Assembly (NCBI GenBank): GCA_964618075.1
Contig: CAZTZO010000007.1
Coordinates: forward strand, 1-40,000
Direction: 5' to 3'
Length of the DNA stretch: 40,000 nt
From: an uncultured Lachnospiraceae bacterium
GTDB taxonomy: Bacteria > Bacillota > Clostridia > Eubacteriales > Anaerofustaceae
The notes under the pieces: generated by a model
What the model was told of the DNA's origin: nothing
The model's database searches: none
The model's input: the letters and a program-made list of their open reading frames with translations, nothing else
Part shown: in pieces, positions 21,057 through 30,891 of the stretch
Position numbering within the stretch: position 1 is the first letter of the stretch
Layout: each line of letters opens with the position of its first letter
Made by a program: the position numbers and the translations under genes

Positions 21057-22202
21057 GTGTCCAAACGCGATTATTACGAGGTTCTCGGCGTAGATAAAAA
21101 TGCGTCTGCAGATGAGATAAAAAAAGCATACAGAAAGCTTGCCATGAAATATCACCCGGACAAAAACCCGGGTGATAAGGCGGCAGAAGAAAAATTCAAA
21201 GAACTCAACGAAGCATACGAGATTCTCAACAACGAGGATAACCGCGCGCGTTATGACCAGTACGGTCACGCAGGATTTGAACAAAACGGCGGTAATCCTT
21301 ATTCGGGTTTCTCGGGCTTTTCGGGCTTTTCAGGAGGAGATTACTCGGATATATTCGGAGATATATTTAATATGTTCGGCGGCGGAGGAGGCTTTTCTTC
21401 GAACGGCTCATCTCAGAGAAGCGGCCCGAAAAAGGGAAGCGATCTCAGAGTCAATATAAACATTAGCTTCGAGGAGGCTGCTTTCGGCTGTGAAAAGAAA
21501 ATTAAAATGAGCCGCAAGGAAACCTGCTCGGAATGCTCCGGCTCAGGAGCTAAAAAAGGCACCAGCCCAAAGACGTGCCCTACCTGCGGCGGCAGCGGAC
21601 AAATTCGTGTAAATCAGAAAAGCATACTCGGAATGATGCAGACTGTGCGTACCTGTGACACATGCGGCGGAAGCGGGACAGTAATAGACTCGCCGTGCCC
21701 AAAATGCTCAGGTACAGGAAGCGAAAAGGTAGTAAGACAGATTACCGTAAAGATACCGGCAGGCGTTGATACGGGAAGTGTGCTTCCCTTAAGAGGCGAA
21801 GGCAACGCCGGAACAAAGGGAGGAAGAAGCGGCGACGTATATATTGTCATTAACGTAAAGCCGCACGAATACTTTGTCAGAGAGGGTACCGACGTAAGAC
21901 TCGATATACCCATTTCCTTCGTTGACGCAGCTCTCGGCTGTGAGCTTAAAATACCGACATTAGACGGAACGGTCAAGCTCAAAATACCAGAGGGCACGCA
22001 AAATTCTACGGTATTTAAGCTCAAAAACAAGGGCATAACAAATATAAACGGCTACGGCAAGGGCAGCCAGTATGTGACAGTAAACGTCGAAATACCGACA
22101 AAACTAAACTCAAAACAAAAAGCCGCGCTTAAGGGCTTTGCCGAAACTAATAACGATGAGACCTTCCAAAGAACGACATCGTTTTGGAGAAATATAAAAT
22201 AA
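21057..22202 (+). CDS. dnaJ: Chaperone DnaJ
   Basis: [36 protein letters not shown] plus four CxxCxGxG zinc-finger motifs. Confidence 0.98.
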   Translation: MSKRDYYEVLGVDKNASADEIKKAYRKLAMKYHPDKNPGDKAAEEKFKELNEAYEILNNEDNRARYDQYGHAGFEQNGGNPYSGFSGFSGFSGGDYSDIFGDIFNMFGGGGGFSSNGSSQRSGPKKGSDLRVNINISFEEAAFGCEKKIKMSRKETCSECSGSGAKKGTSPKTCPTCGGSGQIRVNQKSILGMMQTVRTCDTCGGSGTVIDSPCPKCSGTGSEKVVRQITVKIPAGVDTGSVLPLRGEGNAGTKGGRSGDVYIVINVKPHEYFVREGTDVRLDIPISFVDAALGCELKIPTLDGTVKLKIPEGTQNSTVFKLKNKGITNINGYGKGSQYVTVNVEIPTKLNSKQKAALKGFAETNNDETFQRTTSFWRNIK

Positions 22203-22213
22203 TCTATTACATT

Positions 22214-22260
22214 AAAGACTGCTACATGCTTAAAAGAAGTATAAGCGGTCTTTTGTTTTT
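22214..22260 (+). terminator. Putative Rho-independent terminator downstream of dnaJ
   Basis: AAAGACTGCT (22214..22223) pairs with AGCGGTCTTT (22244..22253, one G-U), followed by TTTTGTTTTT. Confidence 0.7.
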
Positions 22261-22313
22261 ATGTAAAAAGCTGTTATAATTCATTAAACGTTTATATAAG
22301 GGAAGTGCAGTAA

Positions 22314-22877
22314 ATGGAAAATACCGACAAGCTTAAGGAAGAGGAAATATCAACAGAGGAAATATTTAAGGGCAGACTTGTGCATCTTTTCAGAGCCACG
22401 GTAAAGCTTCCGAACGGCAACACTTCAACGCGCGAATACATGGAGCATCCAGGCGCAGTAGCCGTGATACCCATAGACGACAAAGGTAATATCACGTTTG
22501 TCAGACAATACCGCTATCCACTAAAGAGAGTTTCTCTTGAGGTTCCGGCAGGCAAGCTTGAAAAAGGCGAAGAGGTCGAAGCATGCGCTAAACGTGAGCT
22601 TTCTGAGGAAACGGGGATAGAAGCAAAGGAAATGAAGTATCTCGGCTGTTTTTTACCGAGCGTTGCGGTTTCTGACGAGCTTATCCACATATATACGGCA
22701 ACCGGGCTTTCCTACGGCAAAGCGCATACCGACGAGGATGAATTTATAGATCTTGTGAAAATACCTATGCAAAAAGCTCTTGAAATGGTTGAAAACGGCG
22801 ATATTCTCGATGGCAAGACGCAAATTGCACTGCTTAGAGCTAATAGATGCATATCAAAACAAGGATTATCGTTTTAA
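22314..22877 (+). CDS. Nudix hydrolase, ADP-ribose pyrophosphatase type
   Basis: Nudix box GKLEKGEEVEACAKRELSEETGI; VAVIPIDDKGNITFVRQYRYPLKR. Confidence 0.92.
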   Translation: MENTDKLKEEEISTEEIFKGRLVHLFRATVKLPNGNTSTREYMEHPGAVAVIPIDDKGNITFVRQYRYPLKRVSLEVPAGKLEKGEEVEACAKRELSEETGIEAKEMKYLGCFLPSVAVSDELIHIYTATGLSYGKAHTDEDEFIDLVKIPMQKALEMVENGDILDGKTQIALLRANRCISKQGLSF

Positions 22878-22937
22878 ATAAAAGATTCACTTCATTATCG
22901 AATCCTTAGTAACATAGTTTATATTTGCCTTACGCGC

Positions 22938-23620
22938 CTAAGTGTGCTGTAGGGCTCTTTTTATCCTGTACATTTTTCCGTCCTTACGAAAGAATGCTCC
23001 CGTCTGCTTGAAATGAAAGGATACTCCCGAAGCAATGCACTGATTTCTTAATGAAAGTATCCAGTCGTAATCGCAAACTCGTGCTTTTTCTCCGCTCTCC
23101 CCTCCCGCCACGACCTGAGATATATTCTGACTCAAGTATTCGGAAATATCGACCTTTTCCAAAAGGGGCTCGCATACTATGCATTTACGCTTTATAGGAA
23201 GTGAAAGATAAATAGGCAGACGGTAATTCGCCATAGCTTGGTTTTCCACGGTGCAGCATATCGTCACGTTATCGTATCCGTCCCCCAGTCCTGCGGAAGG
23301 CTTACGTTAAAGCGGTCTATTCTCTTGGTTATCATAAGAAAATCAAGATCGCTCCTCTGTTTTATCATCTGCCACGCTTTTTTTCGCATTTCGTCTGCGT
23401 CCTTATGAAAAAAATCCGACGAAAAGCACGTATATACCACATCGGGAGCTTTTATTTTATAGTTACCGAAGCGATCCCTTCTTATGGGCATATCGAACGA
23501 AAGCGTTTTTGTAAGAATCGAAGCGTCACGCTCATACCTTGCGTCCATGCGGTAAACATAGCAGTTTTCACAGCCCGGGCTTATCTTTGTGCAGCCGTGC
23601 CATGGATTCCAGTTGCTCAT
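22938..23620 (-). pseudogene. DUF5131 / phage Gp37-Gp68-like family protein, split by an apparent 1-nt frameshift
   Basis: 23264..23620 begins MSNWNPWHGCTKISPGCENCYVYRMDARY; 22938..23267 continues VTICCTVENQ...CEPLLEKVD...VVAGGESGEKARVCDYDWI. Adding one G to the GGGGG run (23282..23286) would restore QDWGDGYDNVTICCTVENQ. Confidence 0.8.
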
Positions 23621-24691
23621 TTAGAAATCCTCGATTATTTCTTTGGAAAGCTCGCTTATGATAGCCTTTGCAAGGCTTACTGCGTTAAGGTAATCCTCAT
23701 AGTTCGCTATGCATGAAGGGCTGTGCGTATATCTTACGGGTATGCCTATGACTATCGTGGGAATACCGTTTTTTTCCGTGTGTATGCTTAAAGCGTCTGT
23801 CATACTCCCTGTGCGTACGGCGGTCTGTACGGGTATATCGTATTTATCAGCAACACTTAGAGCAAAGCGCATAAAGGCGGGATTTGTTATCATTCCTCCG
23901 TCTATATACCTGAGCATAGGGCCAAATCCCATTTTTGTCTGTTGTGCGTAATCCTGCGCTATGGTATCGTCGGCGGGACAGCCCTCAAAGCATATTGCTA
24001 TATCGGGAAGTATCCTTCTTACAGACGCCTTCGCTCCTCTGGCTCCCACCTCCTCCTGAGAAGACAATACTCCCTTTACATTTACTTTGAGATTTTCGCC
24101 TTCAAGCCTGTTTATCGTTTCTATAAGCGCCGCGCATCCCAAGCGGCAATCAAACGCTTTGCCTATGAGCGTACCTGTCTGTTCGTTTATCTTGCATATA
24201 GTCGAAAAACCGGCCGGCTCGCCCATTTGGACATGATATGTTTCTTTAGTCTGAGAAGCACTTATTGAGCCGATATCTATACATAGCTCTGTGTCTTTTA
24301 TAAAGGAAGCGTTTTTATCATAGTGAGGTGATACTGTGGAAATGACCGCACTTAAGTATTCACCCTGAGTATTTCTTACAACAAGCTCGCTTGAAGCAAG
24401 GCATTCCTTGGAAATAGGCCCGAGAGTAACAAATCCGAGAGTTCCGTCCGGTTTGACAGAATGTATCATAAAGCCCACCTCGTCACTGTGAGCATCAAGC
24501 ATGACTGTAGGGTATGTTTCGTTTTGTTCATAAGGAAAGATATAAAAGTTTTTCATTTTGTCGGTGAAGGTATCGTAAAATGTTACATACTGTCTCGCCG
24601 CTTTTATAACCTCATCTTCAAAACCGCTTGGCCCGAATGCGTCACAAAGGTGCGCTATCATTTCATAGTTTTGCTTATCTGTATTTTTCAT
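23621..24691 (-). CDS. M42 family aminopeptidase/endoglucanase-type metallopeptidase
   Basis: LCDAFGPSGFEDEV, VMLDAHSDEVGFMI, GKAFDCRLGCAAL, SSQEEVGARGAK. Start at internal Met 24691. Confidence 0.9.
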   Translation of the reverse strand: MKNTDKQNYEMIAHLCDAFGPSGFEDEVIKAARQYVTFYDTFTDKMKNFYIFPYEQNETYPTVMLDAHSDEVGFMIHSVKPDGTLGFVTLGPISKECLASSELVVRNTQGEYLSAVISTVSPHYDKNASFIKDTELCIDIGSISASQTKETYHVQMGEPAGFSTICKINEQTGTLIGKAFDCRLGCAALIETINRLEGENLKVNVKGVLSSQEEVGARGAKASVRRILPDIAICFEGCPADDTIAQDYAQQTKMGFGPMLRYIDGGMITNPAFMRFALSVADKYDIPVQTAVRTGSMTDALSIHTEKNGIPTIVIGIPVRYTHSPSCIANYEDYLNAVSLAKAIISELSKEIIEDF

Positions 24692-24754
24692 AACAACATG
24701 CCTCTTTATTTTATTGATTAATCGGATTATAACATAAAGTGTAATCATTTTCCC

Positions 24755-24783
24755 TTGACACGAGTACGATTTACATATAAAAT
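24755..24783 (+). promoter_or_regulatory. Putative sigma-A promoter for the XpaC-TelA operon
   Basis: TTGACA (24755..24760)-N17-TAAAAT (24778..24783). Confidence 0.6.
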
Positions 24784-24855
24784 TCAAGTATATACGGAAA
24801 TTTTCGACAAGCGACTTTTCAGATGAGCGAAAATTATCTTTAAGTGAGGTTTGCA

Positions 24856-25575
24856 TTGGAAAAAAAATCAGTTAAATCCAACCTGCCCATTTTGTTTTTA
24901 GGCGCAACATGGGTATTATACGCTATTATATTCCCGCTATACAGACTAAGCGATTTTCTTATCGTTCTTGTAGCCTCGCTCGCGGTGTTTTTCGTTACCG
25001 GCAAGCTTATCCCCAACACGTATGTGATGGTCGAAAAGGCTCCGATAAAAGCCTCGACAGGCAATGAAAAGCTCGATACTCTCATCAATGAAGCAAACGG
25101 CTACATAAGCAATATTCGTAAAGCAAATGACCGTATAGCAGACGAGGGCGTATCGCAAAAAATTACTCAGATAGAAAATATCACCACAAAGATATTCGAG
25201 TACGTGGCGAAGAACCCCGACACTCTGCCGAACGTAAGAAGATTTATTTCCTACTACCTTCCCACCACATTAAAGCTGCTCGACGCATACGCTGAGCTTG
25301 CCTCTCAGGGCGTACAGACGGCAAATATAACGACTATAATGAAAAAGATAGACGATTCACTTTCAACGGTAAAGGAAGCGTTCGAAAAACAGTATGACAG
25401 CTTATACGACTACAAGGCAATGGATATCTCAAGCGAAATATCCGTGTTTGAGGATATACTCTCAAGCGAAGGTCTTATAAAGAATAAGTCTGACGGAAGC
25501 GGTATTACGCTTACTCTTGAGGGAATCAATAATGACGCCGAAGCTATAAAGGTACCCGAAGAAACGATAAAATAA
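24856..25575 (+). CDS. XpaC-like (5-bromo-4-chloroindolyl phosphate hydrolysis family) protein
   Basis: Two hydrophobic N-terminal segments then KLDTLINEANGYISNIRKANDRIADEGVSQKITQIENITTKIFEYVAKNP...LRRFISYYLPTTLKLLDAYAEL-type sequence; followed by TelA. TTG start at 24856 preferred (AGTGAGG upstream). Confidence 0.75.
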   Translation: MEKKSVKSNLPILFLGATWVLYAIIFPLYRLSDFLIVLVASLAVFFVTGKLIPNTYVMVEKAPIKASTGNEKLDTLINEANGYISNIRKANDRIADEGVSQKITQIENITTKIFEYVAKNPDTLPNVRRFISYYLPTTLKLLDAYAELASQGVQTANITTIMKKIDDSLSTVKEAFEKQYDSLYDYKAMDISSEISVFEDILSSEGLIKNKSDGSGITLTLEGINNDAEAIKVPEETIK

Positions 25576-25622
25576 AACGAATACTCACAAATAATATAAA
25601 TTCGAAAGGAAATTTAACTTTA

Positions 25623-26816
25623 ATGGAAGAGAAATCATTGGAATTGCAGGTAGCGCAGGACGTACCCGAGAAGGACGGAGTACCCGTACTCACTCTTGAC
25701 GACGTACCCGCAGCAAAAATCGAAACGGTCATACAGCAGGCAAACGAGCTTAGCGTACAGGATACTCCTGTTGCATCGCAAGTACAACAAGAGAGCGTAT
25801 TGACGGAAAAAGAGAAAAAGGTTGTTGACGAGTTTTCAAAGAAAATTGATATAACCAACGCAACTCTTGTTCTGCAGTACGGCACAGGCGCTCAGAAGCA
25901 CATTGCCAACTTCTCTGAGGGTGCGCTTGCAAACGTGAGAAATAAGGATATGGGAAGCGTAGGCGATATGCTCACAAATCTCGTCGTAGAATTAAAGGGC
26001 TTTAACGGCGCTGAGAAAAAGGGACTTGCCGGACTCTTCCAGAAGCCTGCCAAGGCTATAGCCAAAATGAAGGCTCAATACACAAAGGTAGAGGGCAATA
26101 TTGACGACATAGTTGAAAAGCTTGAACATCATCAGGTCACATTGCTTAAGGACATAGCTCTGTTCGGAAAAATGTACGAGATGAACACAGACTATTTCAA
26201 AGAACTTACTATGTATATCGAAGCGGGCAAGCTCAGAATAAAGCAAGCCGAGCAGGAGCTTGAGGAAATGAAGAAAAAGGCTTCTGATAGCGGAAAAACA
26301 GAAGACGCACAAGCCGTCAACGATTATTCCAACCTTATCACACGCTTCGAAAAGAGACTTTACGACCTTGAGCTTACAAGAACTATCTCACTGCAAATGG
26401 GCCCGCAGATAAGACTTTTGCAGAACAACGACTCTCTTATGGCGGAAAAGATAAACTCTTCCATAGTCAATACAATTCCTTTGTGGAAAAGCCAGATGGT
26501 GCTTGCGCTCGGTCTTGAGAACTCTCGTCAGGCGATAGAGGCTCAAAAGGCTGTCACGGAGATGACGAATCAGCTGCTTAAGGAAAATTCCGAAATGCTC
26601 AAAATGGGCACGATCGAAGCGGCGAAAGAGGGCGAGAGAGGCATCGTTGAAATAGAAACTCTTCAGAAAACGAATGAGGATCTTATCTCTACAATAGAAA
26701 GCGTGCTGCAAATACAAAAAGACGGCAAAGCAAAACGCGCGGCGGCAGAAACGCAGCTCGGACAGATTGAAAACGAACTCAAACAGAAGCTTTTACAGGT
26801 AGCTCAAAACAGCTGA
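25623..26816 (+). CDS. Toxic anion resistance protein (TelA family)
   Basis: NIDDIVEKLEHHQVTLLKDIALFGKMYEMNTDYFKELTMYIEAGK...QMGPQIRLLQNNDSLMAEKINSSIVNTIPLWKSQMVLALGLENSRQAIEAQK. Confidence 0.92.
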   Translation: MEEKSLELQVAQDVPEKDGVPVLTLDDVPAAKIETVIQQANELSVQDTPVASQVQQESVLTEKEKKVVDEFSKKIDITNATLVLQYGTGAQKHIANFSEGALANVRNKDMGSVGDMLTNLVVELKGFNGAEKKGLAGLFQKPAKAIAKMKAQYTKVEGNIDDIVEKLEHHQVTLLKDIALFGKMYEMNTDYFKELTMYIEAGKLRIKQAEQELEEMKKKASDSGKTEDAQAVNDYSNLITRFEKRLYDLELTRTISLQMGPQIRLLQNNDSLMAEKINSSIVNTIPLWKSQMVLALGLENSRQAIEAQKAVTEMTNQLLKENSEMLKMGTIEAAKEGERGIVEIETLQKTNEDLISTIESVLQIQKDGKAKRAAAETQLGQIENELKQKLLQVAQNS

Positions 26817-26842
26817 ATAATTTATCTAAAGCGGACAATGAT

Positions 26843-27397
26843 ATGAAAAATATAAAAAAACCTACGGCTATAATACTGTGCGTTCTTATGATAGCGCTCT
26901 CGATATTTTTCGGGGGAAGAATGTCGCTGAACAAAATAAGGAATCAGGCTCTTTCACTGTTTTATGAGGGAAACCCAGACGATCAGTTTGACCTCGGGAT
27001 TGAATACGACCTTGAGCGAAGGATAGCCTTTGCGGGCAATCTCGTAACTGTGGCAAAGAGATACACCGATTCGAATAACGCGCTCATAACAGCCGTACAA
27101 AGCGCATGTGACTCATTAAACAATGCAAGCGATCCGAGCGATAAATACAAATATAATCAGGCTCTTACGACTGCCTGTAACAACCTTTCCGCTTTCCTTG
27201 ATACACAGTCATTAAGCGTTAATGACGCTAAGTACAATACATCCATAAAAGCGGATATGGAATCGGCAAATCAGATCATAGGGCATTCGGACTACAACAC
27301 AAAGGCGGCTGAGTTTAACCAGATACTCAGAAAATTCCCCACGAATATATTGTGCAAAATTACCTTTGTGGAGCCGCTCAAGCAGTTTGCATACTGA
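26843..27397 (+). CDS. LemA-like membrane-anchored protein (divergent)
   Basis: N-terminal TM helix, helical body, C-terminal YNTKAAEFNQILRKFPTNILCKITFVEPLKQF resembling the LemA YN..RN.FP....A...F motif. Confidence 0.6.
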   Translation: MKNIKKPTAIILCVLMIALSIFFGGRMSLNKIRNQALSLFYEGNPDDQFDLGIEYDLERRIAFAGNLVTVAKRYTDSNNALITAVQSACDSLNNASDPSDKYKYNQALTTACNNLSAFLDTQSLSVNDAKYNTSIKADMESANQIIGHSDYNTKAAEFNQILRKFPTNILCKITFVEPLKQFAY

Positions 27398-27406
27398 TGA
27401 AACAAG

Positions 27407-28414
27407 GTGAAGATAATGAAAAAAACTAAATACTTATTTGCAGCTGCTCTTTTAGTGGTATCTGTAGTTATGTCCTTTAATGCGGTCTTTGCCGCTTCTA
27501 CCCTTGAAGCGCCTTCGAATGTTTACGTTGCCGACTACGCAAACGTGCTTGACGCGGATTGCGAGAATTACATTCTTTCCATGGGAGGAGAGCTTGACAA
27601 TAAAACGGGTGCGCAGGTCGTTGTCGTAACAATAAACTTTCTTGAGGGAAAGGACATTGAAGACTATTGTCTTGCCATATTCAACGAATGGGGCATAGGA
27701 GCAAAGGATAAAAATAACGGCGTACTGCTGCTTCTTGCCATAGGCGATGAAAACTACTACTGCATGACAGGCTCAGGGCTTGAAACGACTCTTTCATCAG
27801 GTACTCTTAAAAATATGCTCAATACATATTTAGAGGACGATTTCGCAAAGGGCGATTATTCCGCAGGAACAAAGAAAGTATATGGAGCGCTTATCAAGAA
27901 CCTTGCTTCTCACTACAACGTGTCGGTAACCGGCACCTCTCAGGCGACTACGCCCACGACTACGACGCCTTCTTTTGGCGGCGGCAGCTCAAGTAAGGCA
28001 ACCGATAACTCCACGGGAAACCGTTCATCAAGCACCGGTATATTCTGGCTGATACTTATTGTCGTCGTTGTTATTATAATCATCAGCTCTAACAGAGCAT
28101 CAAGAAGACACAGAAGAATATACGGCGGAGGCGTTCCGTTTATAGGCGCACCAAGAAGAAGAAACTATAACGATCATGACCACGATGATAGAGACCATAA
28201 CGACCACAATGACGGAGGCTGGTTCGGCGGTGGCGGTGGTGGCAGCTCAAGTGGCGGCGGCTTCGGTGGAGGCGGCTCTCGCGGCGGCGGCGCAGGACGC
28301 TCCGGTGGCGGCGGCGGTGGCTTTAGTTCAGGCGGCGGCTTCGGTGGAGGCTTCGGCGGAGGCGGAGGTTTTGGCGGAGGCGGCTCACGCGGAGGCGGCG
28401 CAGGACGCGGCTGA
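27407..28414 (+). CDS. TPM domain (YgcG-like) protein with C-terminal TM segment and Gly/Ser-rich tail
   Basis: Signal peptide; YVADYANVLDADCENYILSMGGELDNKTGAQVVVVTINFLEGKDIEDYCLAIFNEWGIGAKDKNNGVLLLLAIGDENYYCMTGSGLE; TM; poly-G/S tail. Confidence 0.92.
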   Translation: MKIMKKTKYLFAAALLVVSVVMSFNAVFAASTLEAPSNVYVADYANVLDADCENYILSMGGELDNKTGAQVVVVTINFLEGKDIEDYCLAIFNEWGIGAKDKNNGVLLLLAIGDENYYCMTGSGLETTLSSGTLKNMLNTYLEDDFAKGDYSAGTKKVYGALIKNLASHYNVSVTGTSQATTPTTTTPSFGGGSSSKATDNSTGNRSSSTGIFWLILIVVVVIIIISSNRASRRHRRIYGGGVPFIGAPRRRNYNDHDHDDRDHNDHNDGGWFGGGGGGSSSGGGFGGGGSRGGGAGRSGGGGGGFSSGGGFGGGFGGGGGFGGGGSRGGGAGRG

Positions 28415-28534
28415 TACAAAAACAATAAAAAATAAAGAGTGCGGTAAAAATGATTAACCCGTTTGTTATGGGATTAAGATATACTGCGCTCTTTTTATTT
28501 ACTTTTTTTTTAATCGTTATGATAAATAATATAT

Positions 28535-29821
28535 TTACATTACAACGTCCAATATCAGCTTTTTCTTTTCGGGCTTCTCAGTAGAAAAATCGAAAGCTTT
28601 TTTTATGCACATTGCTCCTTCATTTAAAAGTGTCTCGCTTGAAGAATATAAAGTAGCTGTTTTTTCACCCTTTTCAACTCTGTTGCCTACCTTTTTATTT
28701 AACACGATACCGGCTCCATAGTCTTCTTTAAGCGTAGGATCATTAAGCATATGAAAAACCAAGCCTATCAAAGCGCAGTCGATTTTGTTTACATAGCCGT
28801 TTATATCGGAGTATATTTCCTTTGAAAATTTGCTTTGAGGTAAACGCGACGTATCCTCTATCATTTCACGTTTACCGCCCTGCGCCTCTATAAAGTCGGC
28901 AAATTTTTTATACGCCTTACCGCTGTCAATCGAATCGTTTAATATTGCGTCCGCCTTCTCTTTATTTACAACAAGCCCCGAAATATTAAGCAGTGCGCGT
29001 CCGAGAGATACACACAGCTCTCTTACAAGAGTATCTTTCCCACCCTTTAGTATTTCAACGGCTTCTTTAACCTCCAAAGCGTTACCAACGGCATAACCGA
29101 GAGGCTCGTCCATATTTGTTATAAGTGCGCAGACATTTATCTTTGCTTCTTTGCCTATTTTCACCATAACCTCGGCAAGCTTTTTAGCTTCGTTTAATTC
29201 TGAGACAAAAGCACCGGTGCCGCACTTGACGTCAAGCACGAGATTGTGCGCACCAGAAGCCAGCTTTTTACTCATTATTGAAGAAGCGATAAGGGGTATG
29301 CTGTCTACTGTGTTCGTTAAATCTCTTAGAGCGTACAGCTTCTTATCGGCAGGAACAAAATTTTCTGTCTGAGACATTATGCTTATGCCGTTTTCTTTTA
29401 CAAGGCGCTTGAATTCGTCTGTCGAAATATCCGTTTTAAAGCCGCTGATACTCTCAAGCTTGTCTATAGTCCCGCCGGTATATCCGAGACTCCTTCCCGA
29501 CATTTTTGCCACCTTCAAGCCGCAGCACGCAAGCATCGGAGCAAGTATCAGGCTTGTTTTGTCCCCCACTCCGCCCGTAGAATGCTTGTCTGCGCTTATA
29601 TTCTTTATATCCGACATATCAAGTCTTTTGCCCGATTCCAGCATACTATACGTCAGGTTCGCCGTTTCTGCGAGCGTCAGATTTTTAAAATATATTGCCA
29701 TTAAAAGTGCGCTGGCCTGACAGGCGGGTATTTCACCGCTTACAAAACCGCGCACAAAATAACTCAGCTCTTCTTTTGAAAGAGCCTGTCCTTCTTTTTT
29801 CTTTTGAATGATATCATACAT
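28535..29821 (-). CDS. pdp: Pyrimidine-nucleoside (thymidine) phosphorylase
   Basis: MYDIIQKKKEGQALSKEELSYFVRGFVSGEIPACQASALLMAIY...DKHSTGGVGDKTSLILAPMLA...KMSGRSLGYTGGTIDKLESI. Start approximate. Confidence 0.95.
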   Translation of the reverse strand: MYDIIQKKKEGQALSKEELSYFVRGFVSGEIPACQASALLMAIYFKNLTLAETANLTYSMLESGKRLDMSDIKNISADKHSTGGVGDKTSLILAPMLACCGLKVAKMSGRSLGYTGGTIDKLESISGFKTDISTDEFKRLVKENGISIMSQTENFVPADKKLYALRDLTNTVDSIPLIASSIMSKKLASGAHNLVLDVKCGTGAFVSELNEAKKLAEVMVKIGKEAKINVCALITNMDEPLGYAVGNALEVKEAVEILKGGKDTLVRELCVSLGRALLNISGLVVNKEKADAILNDSIDSGKAYKKFADFIEAQGGKREMIEDTSRLPQSKFSKEIYSDINGYVNKIDCALIGLVFHMLNDPTLKEDYGAGIVLNKKVGNRVEKGEKTATLYSSSETLLNEGAMCIKKAFDFSTEKPEKKKLILDVVM

Positions 29822-29894
29822 TTGCATAAGCTTTTTTCCCTTTATATTATAAGCTAAAATATATGATATCACATTTTCTAATATTTTTTAATAT

Positions 29895-30728
29895 TTACTT
29901 ACCTTCAAAGCCGACAAGTATCCCGCCTCTTTCGGCATAGTAGCTGCAAAGGCCTCTCATCGGGTAGAGTTTGATAATACTGTCCGGGTGATATTTAAGT
30001 ATGGTATTTTTAAGCAGATTCGCCCCGTTTTCATTCTCAACATGGCCTATATATGCTTTTTTGCCATTAAATCCTCGAAGTATCATTTCCTTTACCAAAG
30101 CAATGATAGTTTTGTTTTCGCCCTTATACTTTGAGAGCAATTCAAGCATACCCTCGTCGCTGGCTTTGCCTATTATGCGTATGCCCAGCGTACCCGCTGC
30201 CATTGCGACAAGCTTATTGACGCGCCCGTTTTGTATGAAGTTATGGTAAGAGCACAGAGCAAAGAGCAAATGTGTATGCTTAATGTATTCGGTTATATTT
30301 TCGCAAATATCTTCATATTCATTGCCCTGATCAATCATCTGAGCAAGCTTGTCTATAATCATTGCCATTTCAGGCCCTGCTGAAAGCGTATCTATAACGA
30401 ATACCCTTGCGTTCGCATGTGTATTTTCGTATTCGCGCGCCGCTGCATTCGCCGTATTATAGCTTCCGGAAAGTCCGCTTGTAATAGTTACAGCAAATAT
30501 ACGATCAGCTCCTTCAAATGCGGCTTGCCAGTCATCCGTATTCGGACACGAGGTATATGAGCGTCCCTTGTAAACGCTCAGCTCGTCAAGCATAATGGAA
30601 ATGTCTGCTTCTTCGGTGTCTATATACTCTTTTTCAGCCGTAAATACCTTCATCGGTACTTTTTTGAGTTCTGCGCCTTCCGTGAAGGATATATCGCAGC
30701 TTGAATCCGATACTATTCTATACTTCAT
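29895..30728 (-). CDS. DegV family protein (fatty-acid binding)
   Basis: RIVSDSSCDISFTEGAELKKVPMKVF...TSCPNTDDWQAAFEGADRIFAVTITSGLSGSYNTA...VFVIDTLSAGPE. Start approximate: the ORF runs to 30770 and an internal Met near 30728 begins MKYRIVSDSS. Confidence 0.92.
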   Translation of the reverse strand: MKYRIVSDSSCDISFTEGAELKKVPMKVFTAEKEYIDTEEADISIMLDELSVYKGRSYTSCPNTDDWQAAFEGADRIFAVTITSGLSGSYNTANAAAREYENTHANARVFVIDTLSAGPEMAMIIDKLAQMIDQGNEYEDICENITEYIKHTHLLFALCSYHNFIQNGRVNKLVAMAAGTLGIRIIGKASDEGMLELLSKYKGENKTIIALVKEMILRGFNGKKAYIGHVENENGANLLKNTILKYHPDSIIKLYPMRGLCSYYAERGGILVGFEGK

Positions 30729-30891
30729 TTTATACTCCTTGAAATAGGATATCCGATTAAAGGGTATCAATAAACCGATAATCGGCTAAATTATAACACC
30801 ATGTTTCAATAAAGCAACGCTTTTGAAAAACTTTTAATCCAATCTTCATAACTCAATTGACGATTTATAAAAACCGATATATAATAACAAC

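Noticed and set aside
22938-23267. Treating 22938..23267 as an independent gene
   Set aside because: Its start MTICCTVENQ is an internal part of the DUF5131 domain, and a 1-nt correction joins it to the upstream ORF.
28174-28457. Proline-rich minus ORF and Ala-rich plus ORF over the TPM tail
   Set aside because: They are alternate-frame readings of the Gly-rich low-complexity tail of the TPM protein.
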